NCBI GenBank assembly: GCA_009693175.1
Contig: SHXT01000005.1
Location: 2,477 to 66,476 of the forward strand
Source: Candidatus Methylopumilus sp.
GTDB lineage: Bacteria > Pseudomonadota > Gammaproteobacteria > Burkholderiales > Methylophilaceae
Length of the DNA stretch: 64,000 nt
Reading direction: 5' to 3'
Position 1 is the first letter of the stretch; every line of letters starts with the position of its first letter. Shown here one piece after another: positions 54,598-64,000 of the stretch. Below the pieces are notes generated by a model. It was not told where the DNA came from. It did not search any database and worked only from the letters and a program-made list of their open reading frames with translations. A program made the translations under genes and the position numbers.

Positions 54598-56423
54598 GCT
54601 TCACCTAAAAAACCCCCGCTCTGGTGTTTCCAAAGTCTTGCGTATAAGCCTTTCTTTTTAATAAGCTCAATATGAGATCCCTCTTCTATGATCTTACCTT
54701 TATTAATCACAATGAGCCTATCCATTGCAGCAATCGTTGATAAACGATGTGCGATTGCAATCACAGTTTTTCCTTCCATCAATTGATAGAGGCTTTGTTG
54801 AATAACCACTTCAATTTCTGAATCAAGCGCGCTCGTCGCTTCATCTAATAATAATATTGGTGCATCTTTTAACATTACTCTTGCTATAGAAATACGCTGT
54901 CTCTGACCGCCTGATAACTTAACACCTCTTTCGCCTACGTGCGCCGCATAACCTTTTCTAGAAAAATTATCTTCTAATTGCATTATAAAATCATGTGCCT
55001 TGGCTCTTTTTGCTGCATTAATCATTTCTTTTTGAGTTGCATTAGGTCTCCCATAAATAACATTATCCTTAACAGAACGATGAAGTAGAGATGTATCTTG
55101 TGTAACCATGCCAATCTTTTCTCTCAAACTATTTTGCTTCACTTTTGAAATATCTTGATTATCGATAGTAATTGAACCTGATTTAAGATCATAAAATCTT
55201 AATAATAAATTTACGAGCGTAGACTTTCCTGAACCAGACCTACCCACTAATCCTACTTTCTCACCAGGCTTAATTTGTAATGAAAAATTATGAATAACTG
55301 ATTTTTTTTGATTTGGGTAATTAAAAATTATATTTTGAAATAAAACTGAGGCTTTTTTTATATTTAGATCTTTTGCATTTTTAATATCTTTAATTTCTTG
55401 ATGCATTGAAAGTGTATTAAGTCCGTCTTGCAGAGTTCCGACTTGTTCATATAGCGATGTCATTTCCCACATGACCCAGTGAGAAATACCATTCAATCTT
55501 AGGGCCATAGCTGTTGATGTTGCAACCACACCCACCATAATTTCATTTTCTGTCCAAAGCCAAATTGCAACAATTCCTGAACCAATCACAAGCAGCATAC
55601 TTAAAAAATGATTAATAATTTCAATCCAACTGACTAATCGCATTTGTATATTTACAGTGTATAAAAACTCTTTCATCGCAACTTTAGCAAAGTTTGCTTC
55701 GCGTCCCGCGTGTGAAAAAAGTTTGATTGTGCTTATATTTGTATAAGCATCTGTAATTCGACCTGTCATTAAAGATCTAGCGTCAGCTTGGTTTCTAGAC
55801 AACTTGCTTAAGCGTGGTACAAAAAAGATTAGAGCTATAATATAAAAAAACACCCAACCAATAAATGGAAGCATAAGTACCAAATTGAATTTGCCTACAA
55901 CAAAAATTATCGTTAAAAAATAAATAATTACATAGACTAATATGTCAGCCAAAATAAACCATAAATCTCTTACTGCAAGTGCAGTTTGCATAACTTTTGC
56001 AGCAACTCTTCCGGCAAATTCATTGTGATAAAAATTCATACTTTGATTGAGAAGTAATCGATGAAAATCCCAACGCATGCGCATCGGAAATGCACCAGCA
56101 AGAGACTGACGCTTAATTAATGTTTGAAATAAAATAAGAAATGTACTTAAGATTAAAACAACTGATGCTGATATCAACATAGGAAAATGTTGATTCCAAA
56201 AATTCTCTGAATTTGAATGATTTAATAAATCAATCAATGAGCCCATATATGAAAATAAAACAGCTTCAAAACTTCCTATCACAGCTGTTAATAAGGCCAT
56301 ACTTAAAATAAGCCATCTAAGATTTTTAGTGCATGACCATACAAAAGACAATAATGTTTTAGGTGGTGTAGTTAAAAAATTTTCAGGGAAAGGGTTAAGG
56401 AGTTTTTCAAAACGCTGAAACAT
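54594..56423 (-). CDS. ABC exporter, fused permease/ATPase
   Basis: Six-TM domain, GRSGSGKST, LSGGQRQR, LLLDEATSALD, IAHRLST. Confidence 0.95.
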   Translation of the reverse strand: MFQRFEKLLNPFPENFLTTPPKTLLSFVWSCTKNLRWLILSMALLTAVIGSFEAVLFSYMGSLIDLLNHSNSENFWNQHFPMLISASVVLILSTFLILFQTLIKRQSLAGAFPMRMRWDFHRLLLNQSMNFYHNEFAGRVAAKVMQTALAVRDLWFILADILVYVIIYFLTIIFVVGKFNLVLMLPFIGWVFFYIIALIFFVPRLSKLSRNQADARSLMTGRITDAYTNISTIKLFSHAGREANFAKVAMKEFLYTVNIQMRLVSWIEIINHFLSMLLVIGSGIVAIWLWTENEIMVGVVATSTAMALRLNGISHWVMWEMTSLYEQVGTLQDGLNTLSMHQEIKDIKNAKDLNIKKASVLFQNIIFNYPNQKKSVIHNFSLQIKPGEKVGLVGRSGSGKSTLVNLLLRFYDLKSGSITIDNQDISKVKQNSLREKIGMVTQDTSLLHRSVKDNVIYGRPNATQKEMINAAKRAKAHDFIMQLEDNFSRKGYAAHVGERGVKLSGGQRQRISIARVMLKDAPILLLDEATSALDSEIEVVIQQSLYQLMEGKTVIAIAHRLSTIAAMDRLIVINKGKIIEEGSHIELIKKKGLYARLWKHQSGGFLGEA

Positions 56424-56432
56424 AAAAAGAAC

Positions 56433-56909
56433 CTATTTAGATTCTACTAAACAAATAGCTTGGGCTGCGATACCTTCACCTCTTCCAGTGAATCCTAGAG
56501 TTTCAGTTGTTGTTGCTTTGACATTCACTGCATCGATATCAACATTACAATCTAATGCAATATTTTTTTTTATTTGATCAATATAAGGTGCTAATTTAGG
56601 CAATTCACAAATTACTGTGGCATCAATATTAATAATCGAATATTTTTTTTCATGAATTAATAGAGCTACTTTTTTTAAAATTACTCTTGAATCTATATTT
56701 TTAATAGATAGATCTGTATTTGAAAAATGCTTACCTATATCACCTAAGCCAACGGCCCCCAGTATGGCATCAGAAATTGCATGTAGAAGAACATCGGCAT
56801 CAGAATGACCATCTAATCCTTTATCATAAGGAATCTCAACTCCACCGATCATACATTTTCTTCCACTCACTAATTGGTGAACATCAAAACCTTGTCCGAC
56901 TTTTATCAT
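56433..56909 (-). CDS. ispF: 2-C-methyl-D-erythritol 2,4-cyclodiphosphate synthase
   Basis: GQGFDVH, GHSDADVLLHA, NVKATTTE.LGFTGRGEGIA. Confidence 0.98.
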   Translation of the reverse strand: MIKVGQGFDVHQLVSGRKCMIGGVEIPYDKGLDGHSDADVLLHAISDAILGAVGLGDIGKHFSNTDLSIKNIDSRVILKKVALLIHEKKYSIINIDATVICELPKLAPYIDQIKKNIALDCNVDIDAVNVKATTTETLGFTGRGEGIAAQAICLVESK

Positions 56910-56918
56910 GATTAATAC

Positions 56919-57599
56919 CTACTCACTTATTAAATGCTCAAGAATACTAAGATCTTCTTGGTAAGTTACTTTGAAATTTCTAAAATCACCCTTAATTAAT
57001 TTTGGTTTCATACCTAATCTTTCAATTGCTTGAGACTCATCTGTTGGAATACCATCAAATGACTTTAATGCATTACTTAATATTTTATACCTATACATTT
57101 GTGGTGTTTGTGCTTGCCATAAATGATCTCTTGCTGGTGAATTAATCACCCTATCTTCTTTATCAGATTTTTTTATAGTGTCAGTTATTGGGTACGCAAG
57201 TAAACCGCCTACCGGATCATCTTTTAATGTATCTATTAAATGATTAACATCTTTTTCTTGAATACCTGGTCGCGCTGCGTCATGCACTAATATCCAATCC
57301 AGTTCATCAGCATGCCCTTTTAATGCTTCTAGTGCATTTAGAACTGTTTCTCCTCTCGACGCTCCTCCACAATAATGAACATTAACCTTAGGCGAAAAAG
57401 AAAGATTTAATGTTTTCCACATGTCATCTTTAGGATGAAGTGCAATATGAATCGAATCTACGAGGGAAATATTCTCAAAGACTCTGGTCACCCTCTCAAC
57501 GAACGTTTGCTTATGAATTGCAAGATACTGCTTAGGCCTATCCAATCCCATTCTGGAACTAGATCCTGCCGCTGTAATAATGATATGAAATTTAGCCAT
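56919..57599 (-). CDS. ispD: 2-C-methyl-D-erythritol 4-phosphate cytidylyltransferase (start likely ATG 57599)
   Basis: AAGSSSRMG..PKQY, VHDAARP, AQTPQ, TDESQ, NFKVT; upstream of ispF. Confidence 0.95.
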   Translation of the reverse strand: MAKFHIIITAAGSSSRMGLDRPKQYLAIHKQTFVERVTRVFENISLVDSIHIALHPKDDMWKTLNLSFSPKVNVHYCGGASRGETVLNALEALKGHADELDWILVHDAARPGIQEKDVNHLIDTLKDDPVGGLLAYPITDTIKKSDKEDRVINSPARDHLWQAQTPQMYRYKILSNALKSFDGIPTDESQAIERLGMKPKLIKGDFRNFKVTYQEDLSILEHLISE

Positions 57600-57645
57600 G
57601 CTAAATTTTAACATGGCCCTTATACGATACTTTTAAGAGATAAGA

Positions 57646-58836
57646 TTAATCTTCTGTATTTGCTGCGATCTTATGAATCGATATATCAGCACCATTAAAT
57701 TCTTCTTCTTGGGTTAAACGAATACCAAAGAAATACTTAATGAATCCATAAACAATAAATCCACCAGCAAGTGCTATAAAAATGCCTAATAAAGTACCCA
57801 TAACTTGGGACATAAAACTAATACCACCCATGCCGCCAAAATAAGTTGATCCAAAAATTCCCGCAGCAAGACCGCCCCATGCACCACAAAGTCCATGAAG
57901 TGGCCAAACGCCTAATACATCATCAATTTTTAAACGGTTTTGTGTAAGCGTAAAAGCCCATACAAAAAGAATGCCCGCAACTAACCCTGTAATAAGAGCG
58001 CCTATAGGATGAAAAATATCTGAACCGGCACAAACAGCAACAAGGCCTGCAAGTGGTCCATTATGAATAAAACCAGGGTCATTTTTCCCAACAATGAGGG
58101 CTGCAATTGTGCCACCAACTAAAGCCATTAAAGAGTTAATTGCGACAAGGCCTGAAATACCATTAGCTGTCTGAGCTGACATCACATTAAAACCAAACCA
58201 TCCCACAGTAAGAATCCAAGAGCCTAAAGCCAAAAATGGAATATTTGATGGTGGATAAGCGTGAAGTCTTCCATCCTTACTATATCTTCCATATCTTGCC
58301 CCAAGCAATAACACAGCTGCTAAAGCGATCCACCCGCCCATAGCATGCACAACAACTGAACCTGCAAAATCGTGAAATTTAGATCCGAAATGACCTTCAA
58401 GAAAAGATTGAAAACCTAGATGATTATTCCAAGCAATCCCTTCGAAAAATGGATAAACAAAGCCTACTAAAGCAAATGAAGCAGCTAATTGAGAACTGAA
58501 TTTAGCTCTTTCCGCGATACCTCCTGAAATAATTGCTGGAATCGCTGCTGCAAAAGTAAGTAAAAAGAAAAACCTTACAAGTTCATATCCATTTTTAGCG
58601 GACAACGTTTCTGCAGGCGATAAAAAACTTACTCCATAAGCAATACCATATCCTATAAAGAAGTAAGCAAGTGTTGACATTGAAAAATCAACCATAATTT
58701 TAACTAACGCATTAACTTGGTTTTTATGGCGAACAGTACCGACTTCTAAGAATGCAAAACCTGCGTGCATGGCAAGCACCATAATCGCACCCAGCAAAAC
58801 AAATAGAACGTCATTTGCACCAATTAAGTTATCCAT
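57646..58836 (-). CDS. amt: Ammonium transporter (Amt family)
   Basis: About 11 TM; DFAGSVVVH, GWFGFN, DDVLGVWPLHG with both pore His residues. Confidence 0.93.
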   Translation of the reverse strand: MDNLIGANDVLFVLLGAIMVLAMHAGFAFLEVGTVRHKNQVNALVKIMVDFSMSTLAYFFIGYGIAYGVSFLSPAETLSAKNGYELVRFFFLLTFAAAIPAIISGGIAERAKFSSQLAASFALVGFVYPFFEGIAWNNHLGFQSFLEGHFGSKFHDFAGSVVVHAMGGWIALAAVLLLGARYGRYSKDGRLHAYPPSNIPFLALGSWILTVGWFGFNVMSAQTANGISGLVAINSLMALVGGTIAALIVGKNDPGFIHNGPLAGLVAVCAGSDIFHPIGALITGLVAGILFVWAFTLTQNRLKIDDVLGVWPLHGLCGAWGGLAAGIFGSTYFGGMGGISFMSQVMGTLLGIFIALAGGFIVYGFIKYFFGIRLTQEEEFNGADISIHKIAANTED

Positions 58837-58916
58837 ACCCGCTAATTTCTATCTGTAATAATTAATTAAACTTAATTTTATCGATAAATTGAAAAATATT
58901 GAGTTTTTTATTTTTA

Positions 58917-58933
58917 AGCACTATTTTTGTGCA
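58917..58933. promoter_or_regulatory. NtrC-like binding site upstream of amt (AGCACTA-TTT-TTGTGCA)
   Basis: Two mismatches to TGCACYA-N3-TGGTGCA; 80 nt upstream of the amt start. Confidence 0.55.
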
Positions 58934-58972
58934 TAAATATTATGTATATAAAAATATTGCAATAAAATAAGC

Positions 58973-59341
58973 ATGAAAGACGTCTTAAGCACGTTTAAGA
59001 TGTTGGAATCATTTTTTAGAAAATTTATGTTGGAATATACCCTTCTTATTCTATTAGTCACTATTACTTGCTTCTGGTTTGACACCATATCAAAAAGAGA
59101 ACTTGCGATTCAATTTGGTAAAAATTTATCTCAACAATTTGATCTCCAGTTTTTAGACGAAACAGTTGCATGTGAAAAAATTACATTAAAGCGAAATGAG
59201 AAAGGTCATATCGCAATATTAAGATGTTATGAATTTATAGTAAGTAGCTCTACAAATGATCGCATTAAATGTAATCTTTTTCTTTTAGGTAAAAATTTAC
59301 ATAACTGGCATATTCCTCCTTACGCTCACACGCCATCATAA
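58973..59341 (+). CDS. DUF3301-like small membrane-anchored protein
   Basis: TM followed by ..LQFLDETV..., Y.F..S...ND.R pattern; family call from recall. Confidence 0.6.
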   Translation: MKDVLSTFKMLESFFRKFMLEYTLLILLVTITCFWFDTISKRELAIQFGKNLSQQFDLQFLDETVACEKITLKRNEKGHIAILRCYEFIVSSSTNDRIKCNLFLLGKNLHNWHIPPYAHTPS

Positions 59342-60214
59342 ATGTACATAGGTCGATTTGCTCCCTCCCCTTCAGACAGCCTACATTTTGGGTCACTCGT
59401 CACCGCAGTTGTAAATTATCTTGATGCAAAACATCATCAGGGTATTTGGAAAATTAGAATGGAAGATTTAGATAAACCTAGAATAATTAAAGGTGCAGAT
59501 AAAATTATTTTAGCTAGTCTCCCTGAGCATGGTTTGGAGTGTGATGATGAAGTCACTTATCAAAGTAATCGATTTGAAATTTACCAATCGTATATTGCTA
59601 CACTTAATAAAAAAGGTCATACATACTTTTGCAAATGTAGTAGAAAAGAAATTTCTGATTCAGGTATCGAAGGCATTATCTATCCAGGAACGTGTAGGGA
59701 TAAAAAAATAGATGCATATACTCATAGCGCCTTAAGGATTAAAGTAAAAAATGAATGGACCACTTTTAATGATGCAATTCAAGGTAGGATTAAATAAAAT
59801 ATTCTAGAAGAAATCGGTGACTTTATTTTAAAAAGATCAGATGGAATCTATGCTTCTCAACTCGCCGTTGTGGTAGATGATGCATTGTAAAATATTAATA
59901 CTATTATCAGAGGCGCTGATTTAATTGATTCCACATCAAGACAAATTTACCTGCAAAATATTTTACTATTGTCTCATGTAAGCTATGGTTATATTCCTAT
60001 TGCAACCTTACACCATAAAAAATTAAGAAAAGAAAATCAATCGAGGTCTATTGCAATTTCAAATATAAAGGATAATTTAATCGCTTGCCTTAAGTTTCTT
60101 GGTCAAAACTATCAAATTATTCAAAAAGAAAATACACTGCAAAAGTTCTGGAGTACAGCGATTCAATCATGGGATAGATCACTTATACCCAAGATAAAAT
60201 TAATTGAAATTTAA
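59342..60214 (+). pseudogene. gluQ: Glutamyl-Q tRNA(Asp) synthetase, disrupted
   Basis: One reading frame ([55 protein letters not shown]) interrupted by in-frame TAA at 59795-59797 and 59888-59890; the track ORFs 59342..59797 and 59969..60214 are its fragments. Confidence 0.9.
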
Positions 60215-60241
60215 ATATTACAAGGCATCCTAAAAATAAAC

Positions 60242-61018
60242 TTAAACATCAAAATGTTCTTGTCTAAATTTTTCATACAAACATACTGAGACTGCAGCAG
60301 AAACATTTAAAGACTCAATACTTTTGTGCATAGGTATATGAATTGATTGTGTACTTAATTGAATCGTATCTCGCCGAAGTCCATTTCCTTCATTTCCAAA
60401 AATAAAAGCAACTGGCCCTTTTAAATTTTCTTTAAAGATAGAATTCCCAGATAATTCTGTTGCAAAAATCTTCCCTTTAAATGTTTTTGTAATGTCAGAA
60501 AAAATAGCTTTTTCAATACAAGGCAAATAAAAATGAGCACCTTGTCCGCCTCTTAACACTTTTGGAGACCAAAGATCTGCACACCGATCAGAAAGATACA
60601 CCAAATCTACTCCAACAGCGCTTGCTGACCTTAATATGCTGCCTAAATTACCAGGATCTTGGATGTCCTCAAGTAATAAGATACAATTTTGTTTTTTTGA
60701 TATATCTAGATGAGGGATATTAATGGATGCAAGAATACCTGTAGGTGAAGCTACAGGAGTTATTTCAGAAAAAAGCCCTGCTGGAAATTCTAAAACTTGT
60801 GTTTCTTCGTTAAGGTATTGAGCAATCTTATCAATATCACCGCCTTCAATTAAAGCTATAGAATCAGGTGAACCAAAGCTCTCAACATAAGATTCAATTA
60901 GATGCATACCATCTAAAATAGTTTGCTGCATTTCGTGACGATAACGAGGTGATTCACTAAGTTTTTTTAAGTGCTTAAAATGTTGATTACCACGCGATGA
61001 AATAACTTGACGCTTCAT
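60242..61018 (-). CDS. TrmH/SpoU family RNA methyltransferase
   Basis: IQDPGNLGSILRS, FGNEGNG, IPM..SIESLNVSAA. Confidence 0.93.
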   Translation of the reverse strand: MKRQVISSRGNQHFKHLKKLSESPRYRHEMQQTILDGMHLIESYVESFGSPDSIALIEGGDIDKIAQYLNEETQVLEFPAGLFSEITPVASPTGILASINIPHLDISKKQNCILLLEDIQDPGNLGSILRSASAVGVDLVYLSDRCADLWSPKVLRGGQGAHFYLPCIEKAIFSDITKTFKGKIFATELSGNSIFKENLKGPVAFIFGNEGNGLRRDTIQLSTQSIHIPMHKSIESLNVSAAVSVCLYEKFRQEHFDV

Positions 61019-61019
61019 A

Positions 61020-61874
61020 TTATTTAAACGCCTTCATGGCAGACATTTCAAAGCCTGATTGTCTTAATTGATTTAATAAGCCATCTTGACCAGCTAAGTG
61101 CGAAGCGCCTACTGCAATAAATAATTGCTTGTCTTTTGAAATCTCTTTAATTTTTGTCACCATCTTTTTATTTCTTTCATCCATAAGCTGAATTTTCATT
61201 TTTGCCCATAGATCTTGAGGTAATAATTTTCCAGTTACCTGCTCATCAGTTTTACGTATTTGATCTAAATCAGCTGAAAGATATTTTTTCATAAGCAAAT
61301 TGTAATCCGACAATCTTTCTTTTTCTGTTTTTTTTAGAACAGACCTTAGCATGACTAATTGATCATCCATAGAAAGTGAATCCATAATCGCAAAATGCTC
61401 TTGTGATGTTTCAATACCTGAAACATCTTTATCTAAATCTGCTGCCATAGCCATGAGGAGGAAGTCTTGATTAAATTCAGTATTAGGCTTGGGTGAATCA
61501 AAAATAATAGCAAGAAGCCACGGCTTCATTCTAATTACATTCTCAAAATACATCACATGAAATTCAGAAAGTTTTTTGATTTGATTTAACTCTACTTCAT
61601 TTAAATCTGAAGTTAATGAGTGATTATTCATAAAGAGATTTTTTGCATGATCATCAGGCGCAATTTCTACTAAAAGGAGATCTGATCTATTGAGTGATTG
61701 TTTGACAATAGGTAAAAAGTTAATAATCTTATTGTCATCTGTATGGATAGTTCCGAATAAATAATGCGTTAATCCATTTGGCGCTTTTAATTTCCAGAAC
61801 AAACCTCGATCATTAGCAGAAACCACCGAGATAGTATTTAAGAGTAATATAACTAGTATAAAAAAACGTTTCAT
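61020..61874 (-). CDS. TraB/GumN family exported protein
   Basis: Signal peptide, LFWK...YLFGTIH, RN..M, FIAVGASHL.G..G. Confidence 0.88.
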   Translation of the reverse strand: MKRFFILVILLLNTISVVSANDRGLFWKLKAPNGLTHYLFGTIHTDDNKIINFLPIVKQSLNRSDLLLVEIAPDDHAKNLFMNNHSLTSDLNEVELNQIKKLSEFHVMYFENVIRMKPWLLAIIFDSPKPNTEFNQDFLLMAMAADLDKDVSGIETSQEHFAIMDSLSMDDQLVMLRSVLKKTEKERLSDYNLLMKKYLSADLDQIRKTDEQVTGKLLPQDLWAKMKIQLMDERNKKMVTKIKEISKDKQLFIAVGASHLAGQDGLLNQLRQSGFEMSAMKAFK

Positions 61875-61911
61875 TTCTTGAAATTAAATTAAGCATTCCT
61901 TACAAAAACAG

Positions 61912-62598
61912 ATGAGTCAATTAATAAAAACTAATTTTGGTTCTATCACTTTTCTTGATAATCATGACCCCTTTCCGAATACTGATCAAGCGCTTATTGA
62001 ACTTAATGGCCTTCTTGCTATATCAGATACAATTGAAGTAGAAAAAATAATTGAAGCATATAAACAAGGAATCTTCCCTTGGTTTAATCAAAACGAGCCT
62101 GTTTTATGGTGGTCACCTAATCCAAGATTAGTTTTATTTCCTGATAACCTTAAGATTTCTTCTTCTTTATCAAAAAAAATTAAAAAAAATAATTATGAAT
62201 TTTCGATAGACAAAGAATTTCCATCTGTCATTAAACATTGCAGCGAAGTTAAAAGAAAAAATCAAAACGGTACATGGATTGATGAACGTATTATTAGTGC
62301 TTATACAAAATTACATCAGTTAAAATTTGCTCATTCTTTTGAAATTTGGGTTAACAAAAATCTTGTAGGTGGTCTTTATGGAATTATTTTAGATAGAGTT
62401 TTCTTTGGTGAATCTATGTTTTATCATGAAACAGATGCTTCTAAAATAGCTTTTGTACTAGCAGTTCAACATCTAAAAAATATAGGTATTAAAATGATAG
62501 ACTGTCAGATGAAAACAAATCATCTTGTAAGCTTTGGTGCTAATGAAATATCACGAGATCAATTTATAAAATTACTCAATAATTATATTAAGACATGA
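61912..62598 (+). CDS. aat: Leucyl/phenylalanyl-tRNA--protein transferase
   Basis: AY.QGIFPW, WWSPNPR, LVGGLYG, FFGESMF, DASK.AF, IDCQ. Confidence 0.96.
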   Translation: MSQLIKTNFGSITFLDNHDPFPNTDQALIELNGLLAISDTIEVEKIIEAYKQGIFPWFNQNEPVLWWSPNPRLVLFPDNLKISSSLSKKIKKNNYEFSIDKEFPSVIKHCSEVKRKNQNGTWIDERIISAYTKLHQLKFAHSFEIWVNKNLVGGLYGIILDRVFFGESMFYHETDASKIAFVLAVQHLKNIGIKMIDCQMKTNHLVSFGANEISRDQFIKLLNNYIKT

Positions 62599-63356
62599 GC
62601 CTTCCTGACGAACTTACTAGTCATAAGATTCAATTTTATGTGACAACAAGCTATGCTTGCGGTTATATCGAAAGTCGAATATCTCAATCTTTAGTCGCCA
62701 CACCTCACCATTTGATTAGTCAGACGCATTATGATGGTCTGATAAAAAAAGGTTTTCGCAGAAGTGGTAAATTTATATACAAACCTTATTGTGAGCTGTG
62801 CAAGGCGTGCATACCCATTCGCATCAATGTGAAACACTTCGCCGCTAGAAAAAGTTTTAAAAGAATTATTAAAAATCATCAATCTCTGCAATCTTCTGTC
62901 CTCCCTCTTTCATTTCGTGAAGAACATTTTCAACTTTATTTAGAATATCAAAAAAATAGGCATGAAAAAAGCAAGGCTACTGAAGATGACGTAAATCAGT
63001 ATAGTGAATTTTTATTACAAAGCAATATCGACAGCCGACTCATTCAATTTAAAGAACAAGAAAAATTAAAAATAGTAAGTTTTGTGGATATAGTTAACGA
63101 TGGCATTTCTGCGGTTTATACATTTTTTGATACGGAAGATAAATCATTCAGTTATGGCACTTATTCAATCTTATGGCTTATTAATTGGTGTATCGAAAAG
63201 AAATTAGATTATGTCTATCTTGGTTATTGGATTAAAGAGAGCAAAAAGATGAATTACAAAACTAACTTTAAGCCATTTGAGCTGTTCATAAATAACGAAT
63301 GGCGATCATTTGATAGTGAACATGATACAATTCAATTGTTGAACAATATCAAATAA
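62595..63356 (+). CDS. bpt: Aspartate/glutamate leucyltransferase (Bpt; often annotated arginyltransferase)
   Basis: C.Y, GFRRSG..IYKPYC..C..C, SAVYTFFD, YVYLGYWI...KM.YK; ATGA overlap with aat. Confidence 0.88.
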   Translation: MSLPDELTSHKIQFYVTTSYACGYIESRISQSLVATPHHLISQTHYDGLIKKGFRRSGKFIYKPYCELCKACIPIRINVKHFAARKSFKRIIKNHQSLQSSVLPLSFREEHFQLYLEYQKNRHEKSKATEDDVNQYSEFLLQSNIDSRLIQFKEQEKLKIVSFVDIVNDGISAVYTFFDTEDKSFSYGTYSILWLINWCIEKKLDYVYLGYWIKESKKMNYKTNFKPFELFINNEWRSFDSEHDTIQLLNNIK

Positions 63357-63370
63357 ATCAATTATATACA

Positions 63371-64000
63371 GTGAATAAAATTCTTATTTTTGGTGTCGGT
63401 CTGATCGGTGGATCTATTGCACTTGCTGCAAAAAAATCAGCTTTTGCATCTGATGTTGTGGGTGTAGGTAGAAATAAAGATAATCTTTATGATGCCATCA
63501 AACTTAAGCTCATTGATCGCATCAGTGATGACCTAAAGAAAGATATCGCAGAAGCTCATATCATTGTTATTGCTTCGCCCGTAGCTCAATTTCCCTCCAT
63601 ACTAAAAACCATCCAACCTCATTTGTCTTCACACACAATTATTACTGATGTAGGAAGTACAAAAACAGATGTCATTAAGTCTGCGAAAGAAATTTTAGGT
63701 CTTCAGTACTCGCAATTTATTGGTGGTCACCCTATTGCTGGATCTGAAAAGCATGGCGCTATTTCAGCACATATTGATTTATTTAAAAATAAAAATGTGA
63801 TTTTAACGCCAGATGAAGATACGTCTTCTCAAGCCAAAGAAACGATCGAAACGCTTTGGAAAAATGCAGGTGCAGTTGTTTCAAATATGTCATATGTCGA
63901 TCATGACAAAATATTTTCAACGATTAGTCATCTTCCACATTTATTAGCTTTTTCTCTTGTGGATATGATCACCCAAAGAGCCAATGCTAATGAGCTTTTA
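63371..64000 (+). CDS. tyrA: Prephenate dehydrogenase (partial; runs off the window end)
   Basis: Absent from the ORF track; from GTG 63371: MNKILIFGVGLIGGSIALA..., ITDVGSTK, FIGGHPIAGSE, HD.IFSTISHLPHLLAF. Confidence 0.93.
   Translation, partial: MNKILIFGVGLIGGSIALAAKKSAFASDVVGVGRNKDNLYDAIKLKLIDRISDDLKKDIAEAHIIVIASPVAQFPSILKTIQPHLSSHTIITDVGSTKTDVIKSAKEILGLQYSQFIGGHPIAGSEKHGAISAHIDLFKNKNVILTPDEDTSSQAKETIETLWKNAGAVVSNMSYVDHDKIFSTISHLPHLLAFSLVDMITQRANANELL

Noticed and set aside
59795-59890. TAA reassigned to Gln as the explanation for the gluQ stops
   Set aside because: TAA is the normal stop for many intact genes here (e.g. metZ, leuB, asd, acs), and gluQ also shows motif erosion.
61912-63356. 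aat-bpt pair, and the yhdP-nitrilase-tldD cluster at 28998-35127, as novel systems
   Set aside because: Both are well-known conserved proteobacterial arrangements.

Overview
A prokaryotic, AT-rich, very gene-dense core-genome segment. Gene content and synteny point to a streamlined betaproteobacterium, probably Methylophilaceae (Ca. Methylopumilus/OM43-like); this assignment is inference, not a database result. The first 22 kb lie on the minus strand: gyrA (partial), metZ behind a SAM-II riboswitch with a visible terminator/antiterminator, and an almost gap-free run of 20 genes from argD to purF (Arg, Leu, Asp-semialdehyde, Trp, folate and purine synthesis). Next come a PuuD-like membrane protein with an unannotated 31-aa partner ORF, a Rieske oxygenase plus EamA exporter, a MoxY-like two-component system, acs, yhdP-nitrilase-tldD, efp-earP-greB, an AddAB-like pair, mfd, rpiA, serS-rarA-lolA-ftsK, trxB-smr, an ABC exporter, ispDF, amt, a gluQ pseudogene, trmH, traB/gumN, aat-bpt and tyrA (partial). 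I saw no rRNA, tRNA, CRISPR array, IS element, integrase or prophage, and no clear self-contained novel system. The best leads are altered housekeeping architectures: LolA fused to an NTF2-like domain, an AddA-like helicase lacking its nuclease domain, an apparently transcription-terminating SAM-II switch, a possibly split PuuD-like protein, and gluQ broken by two in-frame TAA codons.
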